From: Pirellula staleyi DSM 6068
GTDB taxonomy: Bacteria; Planctomycetota; Planctomycetia; Pirellulales; Pirellulaceae
Direction: 5' to 3'
Assembly (NCBI GenBank): GCA_000025185.1
Contig: CP001848.1
Location: forward strand, 3,120,001 to 3,152,000
Length of the DNA: 32,000 nucleotides
A model generated the notes under the pieces. The model was not told where the DNA came from, ran no database searches, and was given only the letters and a program-made list of their open reading frames with translations. Of this stretch, positions 1-7,473 are shown piece by piece. Position 1 is the first letter of the stretch. Every line of letters starts with the position of its first letter. Position numbers and translations under genes: made by a program.

Positions 1-223
1 GCAAATCTTCGGTGACCCCCGAGAAAATCGAGCGAGCCACAAGATAGAACGCTTCACTGGGGCCGAGTGGAATGGAAGCCACTAGGAACCAGATCAGTGG
101 AATCACCATGCCGAGAATCAGCAGGATGGCGATCGAACCGAGCAAAAAGCCCCATTCTCGTGGATCCCGCGGATTGCCGAGCAGCCATTCGTTGTACTTA
201 ATGACTTGATATTCAAACGCCAT
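1..223 (-). CDS. Membrane protein, N-terminal part only (gene runs off the left edge); probably the permease partner of the adjacent ABC ATPase
   Basis: ATG at 223-221 on the minus strand opens a frame that is still open at the window edge: MAFEYQVIKYNEWLLGNPRDPREWGFLLGSIAILLILGMVIPLIWFLVASIPLGPSEAFYLVARSIFSGVTEDL. It has a clear hydrophobic span. It lies 87 bp downstream of the ABC ATPase on the same strand. It is absent from the ORF track because it is truncated. The permease role is inferred from position only. Confidence 0.45.
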   Translation of the reverse strand, partial: MAFEYQVIKYNEWLLGNPRDPREWGFLLGSIAILLILGMVIPLIWFLVASIPLGPSEAFYLVARSIFSGVTEDL

Positions 224-310
224 AGAAGCGGTTCGATTGCAAAAAGTTCGAAGTGTAAAGCGTGAGGAACATCTACCGCGAGGCGAGCCTGGGGCTCATC
301 AGCCGATCGG

Positions 311-1237
311 CTATTTGCCGCCCGATGCTCGACGACCAGGACGAGCTTCGCTGTCGCGGACGATGTTGAGGAACAGTTCTTCGAGCGACAGGGTGGGGTG
401 GTCCATGCCGAGCAATTCACCACCATGCTTTTCGATGACAGCACGAATCTCGGCTTCTGCTGCGGCCGAAAGTCCCTTGGCTCGCACCTGCGTCACGTCT
501 TGCACGGTGAGGAGCGTATCGACCCGTCCCAGTTCCTTGAGCTCGCCTTGATGCAGGATCGCAATGCGGTCGCACACGTCCTGCACATCGGGGAGCAAGT
601 GGCTGCTCATCAGAATCGTTTTGCCTTGATCGCGAAGTTTCAGAATCAAGTCCTTCATTTCGCGCGTACCAATCGGATCGAGACCCGAGGTTGGTTCGTC
701 GAGCAGGATCAGTTCTGGCTCGTTGATCAGAGCTTGGGCCAAGCCGATGCGGCGCGTCATACCTTTGGAGTACTCGCGGAGCTGTCGTTTGCGGGCTCCT
801 TGCAAACCGACACGCTGAATCAGTTCGTCGGTCCGTTCTTTCCGAACCGCTGCGGGCATGTCGAAGAGGCGGCCGTAGAAGTCGAGCGTCTCTTCGGCGT
901 TCAAAAATTTGTAGAGGTAGGACTCTTCCGGCAGATAACCGATCCGCTCGTTCTTGGTCACTTCGGTCGCCTCTTGGCCAAACACCAGGGCCTGACCACT
1001 GGTGGGGAAGAGTAGTCCGAGCAGGAGCTTGATGGTGGTCGACTTGCCCGAACCGTTCGGCCCGAGGAGGCCGAAGATCTCCCCCTTTTTGATTTCGAGG
1101 TCGAGTGCCTTCAAGGCCCGCACTTTTTGACGGCCCCAGAAGTCGCGATAGACCTTCGACAAACCGCGGGTCTCGATCACGACATCGTTGGAGACCGGTG
1201 GGCGAGTGCTTTTGGCAGGTGCTGTCTGAGTGCTCAT
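311..1237 (-). CDS. ABC transporter ATP-binding protein
   Basis: 308 aa. Walker [13 protein letters not shown], signature-like [15 protein letters not shown], Walker [14 protein letters not shown]-loop ILMSSHLL. Substrate cannot be read from the sequence. Confidence 0.9.
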   Translation of the reverse strand: MSTQTAPAKSTRPPVSNDVVIETRGLSKVYRDFWGRQKVRALKALDLEIKKGEIFGLLGPNGSGKSTTIKLLLGLLFPTSGQALVFGQEATEVTKNERIGYLPEESYLYKFLNAEETLDFYGRLFDMPAAVRKERTDELIQRVGLQGARKRQLREYSKGMTRRIGLAQALINEPELILLDEPTSGLDPIGTREMKDLILKLRDQGKTILMSSHLLPDVQDVCDRIAILHQGELKELGRVDTLLTVQDVTQVRAKGLSAAAEAEIRAVIEKHGGELLGMDHPTLSLEELFLNIVRDSEARPGRRASGGK

Positions 1238-1766
1238 GGAAGAATCGCTAGTGGCGCGCTTGGTGAACCGTGACAGGGCAGATTAGGGAATTGTCTTGAC
1301 GATCGAGTGACCTCGACTGGTGCCAGTGGTCTCGCGAGGGGCGAGGCGTGCAAGCAGCCGAAGTGGAAGAGGAGAAGCAGTTTAGTGTAACTCGGTGCGG
1401 TCTCGGGCTGAAGGATCAAACCGGGGCAAAATTGGTACGAAGGTGGCCAGAACTGGCACATCAGGCACTATGACCGGCGTAAATGGGAATTCGCCCAAGT
1501 CTTCCCGTGACAGCATTTACGCCAGCATCCTGGTGGTGGTTCAAACCGTTGTTTGTAAAAAAGTCAAAAGCCAAAAGGGCTGCAAAACATCGTTAGCAAC
1601 GCCTCCCAAACGGTTATAGGCGGCACCCCGCCTGCCCGCAAGGATCGTCCTAAGGTCTTGCCAGTTAAGAATCTGCAAACAATCGAAGAGGATCGCTAGC
1701 AGGGCTGGAAGGGAGCCCGCAGGTGGCGTTTGTACGTTTTTCAGCTCCGGAAAGAGTTACAAACGT

Positions 1767-1810
1767 CAAGAGCGGTTTGTGGGGGCCGCTTAAGTTGCTC
1801 TTGATTTTTT
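1767..1810 (+). terminator. Candidate intrinsic terminator inside a gene-free spacer
   Basis: CAAGAGC (1767-1773) pairs with GCTCTTG (1797-1803). An alternative inner stem is AGCGG/CCGCT. The hairpin is followed by ATTTTTT (1804-1810). No plus-strand CDS lies upstream. Confidence 0.35.
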
Positions 1811-2111
1811 CTAAGTCCCTGTTTTTGCGGTAGTTAAGGGCGGGTAGAGGTTGTTTTTTCGCCGTTTTTGGAGCGTTTGGCACGGTTGGTGCATTATGTC
1901 TCTTCCATCAGCGACGCACTCGCCTCTGCCGAAGGCGAGTCCCATGGAACCAATTCGAAAACTCCCGATCCGGAAACTTGCTTCAAGGAGGAAGCCTATT
2001 GAAACACGATTTCTCCCCGATCTGGTCCGGGGAACGATAGCCTGATGTTCGATTGGGTAGAGTCGAACGTTAGGTGCACACCAATCTCTCTTTGATTCCC
2101 GCCTGGAATAC

Positions 2112-2157
2112 AAGGCCGCCGTGGTTCCCGCACCGCAGGCGGCCTTTCTTTTTTCTT
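2112..2157 (+). terminator. Intrinsic terminator (or attenuator) immediately upstream of folC
   Basis: 9-bp GC-rich stem AAGGCCGCC (2112-2120) / GGCGGCCTT (2138-2146), followed by TCTTTTTTCTT (2147-2157). It ends 53 bp before the folC GTG and 119 bp before the folC ATG. No plus-strand CDS lies upstream. Confidence 0.6.
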
Positions 2158-2275
2158 GTCTCCGCGCAAGCTCGCCGGGTGAAGTTGAAACCGGGCTAGG
2201 GCAGCGACAGTGGGCCAATCGGTCGTTAGACTACCGACCGCATCGAGATGCTCCCTCCTCCACAGCGACCTGTGC

Positions 2276-3673
2276 ATGTCGTCTTTCCCTCCTATAGTCA
2301 GCCGACAGACCGCTCTCGACTATTTGCTCGGGCGGATCAACTACGAACGAACCGTTACCGTTCCCCACCAGGGAAAAGGGTTTCGTTTGCAGCGGATGCA
2401 GTCGCTGCTGGCGCTGCTCGGCAATCCGCACTATAACTGGCCAGCAGTCCATATCACCGGGACCAAAGGGAAGGGCTCGACCAGCCTGATGATGGCGAGC
2501 ATCTTGATGGCGAGTGGCTACAAAGTAGGGCTCTACACCTCTCCCCATCTCGAGCACCTCGAAGAGCGTTTTGTCGTCGACGGGCAGCAGATCTCGAGCG
2601 AGGTGCTCGTGGAACTCGTCCGCGAGATTCGGTCGGCTGTCGACCAACTGGATGCCGAAGCAGAAGCTCGTGGTGATCTTGAAGGGGGACCGACCTTTTT
2701 CGAAGTCACCACGGCGATGGCGATGCTGCATTTCGCTCGGGAAAAAGTCGACATCGCGGTGCTGGAAGTGGGGCTTGGGGGAAGGCTCGATTCGACCAAT
2801 GTTTGCCACCCGATTGCCACGGCCATCACCTCGATCAGTTTCGATCATATGCGGCAGCTCGGTAACACGCTGGATGCTATCGCGCGCGAGAAAGCAGGGA
2901 TCATTAAGCCTGGGGTGCCGATGATTTGCGGCGTGCTGGCAAATGAGCCGAGGGAGGCGATTGAAGCGATTGCCAGTGAGCAGCGAGCGCCGCTCGTTCA
3001 GCTGGGAAAAGAATTCGAGGCGATCGATCTGGGAGCATCTCCCAGTGGCGGCCAACTCATGCATTACCGAGAACCGAGTGGGCGCGAAGGTGCCTGGGAG
3101 CTGAACGACGTTGAGCTCGCGATGCCGGGCGCTCATCAAGTGCGAAACGGCGCGATCGCGATTGCGATTTGTCATCAGCTGGTGCAGCAGGGCTATCGCA
3201 TCAGCCCCGCGACGATTCGGCAGGGACTGGCGAGCGCACGGGCTCAAGCTCGGATTGAACGGGTAAATATTCGCCCGGCAGTGATTTTAGATGTGGCCCA
3301 CAATGTGGCGTCGATCGAGGCGCTGGCGGATGTGATTTCCCAGCAGTTTTCGTCTCATCGGAAGATTTTGATCCTCGCCAGCAGTCGCGATAAAGAGACC
3401 TCGGCGATGCTCGGGGCATTGCTCCCGCTCTTCGATCACGTCATCCTCACATGCTACTTGCTGAATCCGCGAGCGGTGGAACCGCCGCAATTGCTCGAGA
3501 TGGCCCGCCGTGTCCTGAGCGAAAGTAAGTTGCCCGAGCCGATGCTCGAGACTGCTGATTCGCCAGCCAGCGCCTATGCCCGCGCGATGGAGTTGGCAGG
3601 GGGCGAGGATTTGGTTTGCATTACAGGTTCGTTCTTTTTAGCTGGAGAGATTCGTCCACTACTAAAGCGGTAG
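2276..3673 (+). CDS. folC: Bifunctional folylpolyglutamate synthase / dihydrofolate synthase (Mur ligase family)
   Basis: P-loop HITGTKGKGST and FolC-type N-terminus TALDYLLGRINYER, with Mur-ligase middle and C-terminal domains across the full length. Start taken at ATG 2276. An in-frame GTG at 2210 is the alternative. Confidence 0.9.
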   Translation: MSSFPPIVSRQTALDYLLGRINYERTVTVPHQGKGFRLQRMQSLLALLGNPHYNWPAVHITGTKGKGSTSLMMASILMASGYKVGLYTSPHLEHLEERFVVDGQQISSEVLVELVREIRSAVDQLDAEAEARGDLEGGPTFFEVTTAMAMLHFAREKVDIAVLEVGLGGRLDSTNVCHPIATAITSISFDHMRQLGNTLDAIAREKAGIIKPGVPMICGVLANEPREAIEAIASEQRAPLVQLGKEFEAIDLGASPSGGQLMHYREPSGREGAWELNDVELAMPGAHQVRNGAIAIAICHQLVQQGYRISPATIRQGLASARAQARIERVNIRPAVILDVAHNVASIEALADVISQQFSSHRKILILASSRDKETSAMLGALLPLFDHVILTCYLLNPRAVEPPQLLEMARRVLSESKLPEPMLETADSPASAYARAMELAGGEDLVCITGSFFLAGEIRPLLKR

Positions 3674-3838
3674 TGCGGGAATGATTGGACGAGCCCCTGA
3701 AAGGCTCGATAACTGTCGACCAGTGGCCAGAACGTGGTCGACCACTCATCAGAGATGACAGCGAGTGCTTACAGAGCGGTCGTTCTCTGAGGAGAATGGG
3801 CAACCTGATCGACAACCGAGAGAAGGAGTGACTGCGCG

Positions 3839-4351
3839 ATGCCACGCGATTGCCATCTGCCATCTGCTGCCAAGCAAGTGGCTGTCAGTTTACTTAGCTT
3901 GCTTTGTCTGCTGGTCTGCAGCACGTCGATCGTTGCGCAATCTCCACCACCGATCGATGCCAAGTTAGCTCAGCAAGAGATGGAATGGCTCTCGAGCCGC
4001 TGCGATGGTTTCTTCCGCGCATTCACCGATACGATGGTGGGACACGAACGGGCGATTCGTGATTTGATTGCTGCGGGACCACTGGTCGACCGCGATACCG
4101 AAATCGTGAAGCTGGTCGATTCGTCGAACAAAATCACCGAGCGTTATGGCAAGTACACCGGCCACGAAATGGTCAGTTCGAAGATGGTCGGGACCGATCT
4201 CGTTTACTTGCGATATCTCTACAAAGCCGAGCGATTTCCGGTGGTCTGGCATTTCATTTTCTATCGCACCACGGGAGCTGGCGGTGTGAAGAAAGAATGG
4301 ACCCTCATCTCGCTGAAGTTCGATGGGCAAATCGAGCAATTGCTCAAGTAG
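3839..4351 (+). CDS. Hypothetical secreted protein (N-terminal signal peptide), no family recognised
   Basis: 170 aa with an ATG start. Signal-like N-terminus KQVAVSLLSLLCLLVCSTSIVAQSPPP, then a globular, non-repetitive sequence. Antisense frames over it look like shadow ORFs. Confidence 0.6.
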   Translation: MPRDCHLPSAAKQVAVSLLSLLCLLVCSTSIVAQSPPPIDAKLAQQEMEWLSSRCDGFFRAFTDTMVGHERAIRDLIAAGPLVDRDTEIVKLVDSSNKITERYGKYTGHEMVSSKMVGTDLVYLRYLYKAERFPVVWHFIFYRTTGAGGVKKEWTLISLKFDGQIEQLLK

Positions 4352-4371
4352 CAGGCGCAGCGAGTGCTAAG

Positions 4372-4599
4372 TTAGCGTTTTTCACGCAGCTGATCGGGCA
4401 TTGAGATCTGCACAAGTGGCGACCCGGTGCTCCCCCCTGGATTGCTGCCGCTCTGATTGCTGGGGCACGATCCACAGCCGCTCGAGCAACCCTTCTTCGC
4501 ATTGCCGCGCAGCGTGAGAAAGACCTGCAAGCCGAGATAGAGCGCTGCCCCTGCGACCAGGCCGATGACGATAGCCATTTGGGTGTCGATAGTGGGCAT
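4372..4599 (-). CDS. FeoB-associated Cys-rich small membrane protein
   Basis: 75 aa. One TM helix (MAIVIGLVAGAALYLGLQVFLTL) followed by GCSSGCGSCP, the architecture of the FeoB-associated Cys-rich family. It starts 12 nt after the feoB stop and has a strong RBS: TAAGAGGAGAACGTCATG. Confidence 0.75.
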   Translation of the reverse strand: MPTIDTQMAIVIGLVAGAALYLGLQVFLTLRGNAKKGCSSGCGSCPSNQSGSNPGGSTGSPLVQISMPDQLREKR

Positions 4600-4611
4600 G
4601 ACGTTCTCCTC

Positions 4612-6855
4612 TTAACCGGCGATTCGCGAGCCAACTTGGTACACGATGAGTGCCGCCACGTAGGCCAACGTGGTCATGTAGACAAAAGTGAAAATCGGCC
4701 AGCGCCAGCTGTTGGTTTCGCGCTTCATGATGGCAAGTGTCGACGAGCACTGGGCACAGAGGGCGAAGAAGACCATCACCGACAGGGCGGTCGGAATCGT
4801 GAACACGGGACGTTCGGTTCCCGACCACTTGGCATTCTGCAAAGCTGTTTTCAGCTCGTCGGATTCTTCATTCTGCTCGTCACCTAAATTGTAGATCACG
4901 CCGAGTGTGGCAACGATCACTTCGCGGGCAGGGAATGAGGCGATGGCTGCACAGCCGAGTTTCCAGTCCCATCCTAAAGGCTTCACCACCGGCTCGATGG
5001 CGTGCCCCATGCGCCCGAGATAGCTGTTCTCGAGATGGGCGGCGGCGATGGTGTTTTCGCGATGCGCCAGTTCCGATTCCAGCGCTGCACGCGCTTCGTC
5101 GGAGAGGGATGGTGCCTCGAGTTGCATCGCTAGATCGTTACGCTCGGAGAGGAGCGTCGCATCGATTGCCTGCTCGTTGCGCGGGAAGTAGGCGAGCGCC
5201 CACACCACAATCGAGACGGCGAGAATCAGTGTCCCCGCGCGCTTCACAAAGGCCCAGCCTTGCTCGAGCATCCGTTCAAGCACAATCCGCAGTCCCGGAA
5301 GTTTATAGCTCGGAAGTTCCATCACGAAGGGAGGAGTGGCACCGCGCAGGAGTGTCGATTTCAGCAAGAAGGCCATCACCACGGCCGTGATGATTCCGAT
5401 GGCGTACATCGCAAAGAAAACGATGCCGTGGAGGCTGATCAGGCCCCCCAAGTAATGAGCTTCTGGGATGAAGGCTTTGGTGAGCAGAACGTACACCGGC
5501 AAGCGGGCACTGCAGCTCATCAGTGGCGCGACGAGCATGGTGGTTAAGCGGTCGCGTCGATTCTCGATCACGCGGGCCGCCATGATGCCAGGAACAGCGC
5601 ACGCAAACGACGAGAGGAGCGGAATGAAGCTCTTACCACTGAGCCCCACGCGCGACATCAAGCGATCCATCAAGTAAGCAGCTCGCGACATGTAGCCGCA
5701 GTCTTCCAGGATCGCGATGAACAAAAACAGTGCGAGAATTTGCGGTAAAAAAACAACTACTCCCCCCACACCTGCCACCACGCCGTTGACCAGCAGCGAG
5801 CGGAGCGCACCTTCGCTGGTGATGCTTGTTGCCAGGGAAGTGAGAAGTCCCAGGAACCACTCGAGCCCTGCATTGGCGCTGAAGTCGGAGCGTGGAAAAT
5901 CGCTCACGTGCGAGACCATTTGAAACATCAGGAACATCACGATCGCGAAAACCACACTGCCGGCAAACCAGTGTGTGAGGACCCGATCGATTCTATCGCT
6001 GAGGGTGACAAGTTTGGTCGAGGGACGTGTGACCACTCCTTGCAGAACACTCGCAGCCCATTTGTAGCGACTCATCGCTTCAATCGCAGGAACGGGACAG
6101 CCGCAGGTGGCGAGCCATGCTCGAGTGTCGGTGAGTTGCTTGGTCAGTGCTTCGCTTGCTGGAAATCGACCACTCGAAGCGAGATAGCCACTCGTATCGA
6201 GCAGTAATCGCTCGACCAGATAGCGGGGCGCGATTTCTTTGGACGAATCGTGGTTGATTGTGGCGGCGAGCTTTTCGACTTCGCTCAAGAATTTGCTAGG
6301 AAAGGGGCTCTCGATTTTGGCAGCCGGTTTATCGACAGCAGCTGCCAGTGCCCCCTTGAGCTCGTTGATCCCAACTTTGCGATGCGCTTCGAGCGGGATG
6401 ATCGGAATCGGTAGCTGCGCGGCAAGTTTTGCAAGGTCGAGCGTCAGGCCTTTGGACTTGGCCAGATCGACCATGTTCACGGCCAGCACCGTTGGCAGGC
6501 CGAGTTCGAGAATCTGGCTCAGGAGATAAAAATTGCGCTCGAGGTTACTAGCGTCGACGATGCAGAGGACAACATCGGGCGGGGGGACTTCTTTCCGAAG
6601 TCCCAGCAGGACTTCGACGGCAACCATTTCGTCGGGAGAGCGGGGCGCGAGGCTGTAGGTGCCGGGGAGATCGACAAGCTCGAACGACTGTCCTTCAAAC
6701 TCGGTGCGACCGATTTTCTTTTCGACCGTCACGCCGGGATAGTTGCCAGTTCGTTGACGAATCCCAGCCAGCGCCGAGAAGAGTGTGCTCTTCCCGGTGT
6801 TCGGATTCCCAAGCAGGGCCACCGTGATGGTGCGTGACGGGGTCGATGTTGTCAT
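4612..6855 (-). CDS. feoB: Ferrous iron transporter FeoB
   Basis: 747 aa. N-terminal G-domain (G1 GNPNTGKST, G4 NMVD) followed by a polytopic membrane domain typical of FeoB. Confidence 0.95.
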   Translation of the reverse strand: MTTSTPSRTITVALLGNPNTGKSTLFSALAGIRQRTGNYPGVTVEKKIGRTEFEGQSFELVDLPGTYSLAPRSPDEMVAVEVLLGLRKEVPPPDVVLCIVDASNLERNFYLLSQILELGLPTVLAVNMVDLAKSKGLTLDLAKLAAQLPIPIIPLEAHRKVGINELKGALAAAVDKPAAKIESPFPSKFLSEVEKLAATINHDSSKEIAPRYLVERLLLDTSGYLASSGRFPASEALTKQLTDTRAWLATCGCPVPAIEAMSRYKWAASVLQGVVTRPSTKLVTLSDRIDRVLTHWFAGSVVFAIVMFLMFQMVSHVSDFPRSDFSANAGLEWFLGLLTSLATSITSEGALRSLLVNGVVAGVGGVVVFLPQILALFLFIAILEDCGYMSRAAYLMDRLMSRVGLSGKSFIPLLSSFACAVPGIMAARVIENRRDRLTTMLVAPLMSCSARLPVYVLLTKAFIPEAHYLGGLISLHGIVFFAMYAIGIITAVVMAFLLKSTLLRGATPPFVMELPSYKLPGLRIVLERMLEQGWAFVKRAGTLILAVSIVVWALAYFPRNEQAIDATLLSERNDLAMQLEAPSLSDEARAALESELAHRENTIAAAHLENSYLGRMGHAIEPVVKPLGWDWKLGCAAIASFPAREVIVATLGVIYNLGDEQNEESDELKTALQNAKWSGTERPVFTIPTALSVMVFFALCAQCSSTLAIMKRETNSWRWPIFTFVYMTTLAYVAALIVYQVGSRIAG

Positions 6856-6927
6856 GAAAGGAGCGAGCGAAAGGGAAAGGGGAGCAGGGGGACTTCTGGC
6901 TGCTTGACTATCTGGCCGAAAGGCCCG

Positions 6928-7167
6928 TTAGGCAGGGGTGACTTCCACCCGCGCTGCTTCGCTTTTGCGAAGGCTGAGGCGATAGCCACGAAGTTCAATC
7001 TCGAGGGGGTCACCGAGCGGAGCGCATCCAAGCAAGGTGAACTCGGTACCAGGTAGGAGTCCCATCTCGAAGAGTCGCATGCTGATGTCATCAGTGCCAC
7101 TGATCGAGGCCACAACGGCTCGGCTTCCAATCGGAAGTTTGGCGAGCGTGAGTCCCGGGGAGGTCAT
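6928..7167 (-). CDS. feoA: FeoA family protein (second copy)
   Basis: 79 aa starting MTSPGLTLAKLPIGSRAVVASI..., ending GDPLEIELRGYRLSLRKSEAARVEV (FeoA SH3-like pattern). The ATG at 7167 overlaps the stop of the upstream feoA (ATGA). The longer track ORF to 7338 overlaps the upstream gene and is not credible. Confidence 0.85.
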   Translation of the reverse strand: MTSPGLTLAKLPIGSRAVVASISGTDDISMRLFEMGLLPGTEFTLLGCAPLGDPLEIELRGYRLSLRKSEAARVEVTPA

Positions 7168-7400
7168 AGGTGGTCTCCGAGTTCGACGAGCACCCCTGTG
7201 AGCTGACCACCACGAAAGCAAAGTTTGCTTCCCGCAAGTTTCAGAACGCACGGAATGCCAGGCTGGACCATCTCGACAAGCTGTCCCTGCCGGAGACCAA
7301 GTTCCTCGAGTCGGTGCGTATCGTCGGGGTCGCCACAAATCGCCGCGATTCGCGCCGTTTGTCCCGCACTAAGCATTTCGAGAGGAATAAAGTCGTGCAC
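7164..7400 (-). CDS. feoA: FeoA family protein (first copy)
   Basis: 78 aa: ...LSAGQTARIAAICGDPDDTHRLEELGLRQGQLVEMVQPGIPCVLKLAGSKLCFRGGQLTGVLV. GTG start at 7400; ATG at 7376 is the alternative. Confidence 0.85.
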   Translation of the reverse strand: MHDFIPLEMLSAGQTARIAAICGDPDDTHRLEELGLRQGQLVEMVQPGIPCVLKLAGSKLCFRGGQLTGVLVELGDHL

Positions 7401-7429
7401 TGGTGGGTATTTCTGGCGAGCAGAATAAG

Positions 7430-7446
7430 TTGAGATTCTATCTCAA
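7430..7446. promoter_or_regulatory. Perfect 7-3-7 palindrome upstream of the feo operon; candidate metalloregulator (Fur-family?) operator
   Basis: TTGAGAT-TCT-ATCTCAA lies 30 bp upstream of the feoA start in the 73-bp amidase-feoA gap. Read on the minus strand it contains a -10-like TAGAAT. It is AT-rich in a GC-rich genome. Confidence 0.35.
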
Positions 7447-7473
7447 TTCGAAGCAATCAATCGTAAGCCGACG

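Noticed and set aside
1775-1795. tmRNA-like tag ending (…GCC GCT TAA = Ala-Ala-stop) inside the spacer.
   Set aside because: There is no 5' GGGG acceptor start, no T-arm GGTTCGAATCC with a CCA end, and no resume-codon context. The motif is part of the hairpin at 1767-1803.
2098-2106. CCCGCCTGG resembles the conserved CCGCCUGGGC 3' element of the ZTP (pfl) riboswitch, upstream of a folate gene.
   Set aside because: The essential GGGC is replaced by GGAA. I cannot find the 5' GACUGGCG/P1-P2 pseudoknot sub-domain, and there is no P3 hairpin directly adjacent. This should still be tested with the Rfam model.
1811-2218. 135-aa minus-strand ORF, and other 60-93-aa ORFs, in the 1238-2275 spacer. 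They include an apparent peptide repeat FRIGSFRIGS.
   Set aside because: Composition is biased (Arg/Pro/Cys) and there is no motif. The ORF runs through the strong plus-strand terminator hairpin. The 'repeat' is just an imperfect 12-nt DNA duplication (AATTCGAAAACT / GATCCGGAAACT).
6928-7338. 136-aa version of the second feoA ORF given in the track.
   Set aside because: Its first 57 codons overlap the upstream feoA in another frame and are Arg/Trp/Pro-rich. The FeoA domain begins at the internal ATG (7167), which forms an ATGA overlap with the upstream stop.
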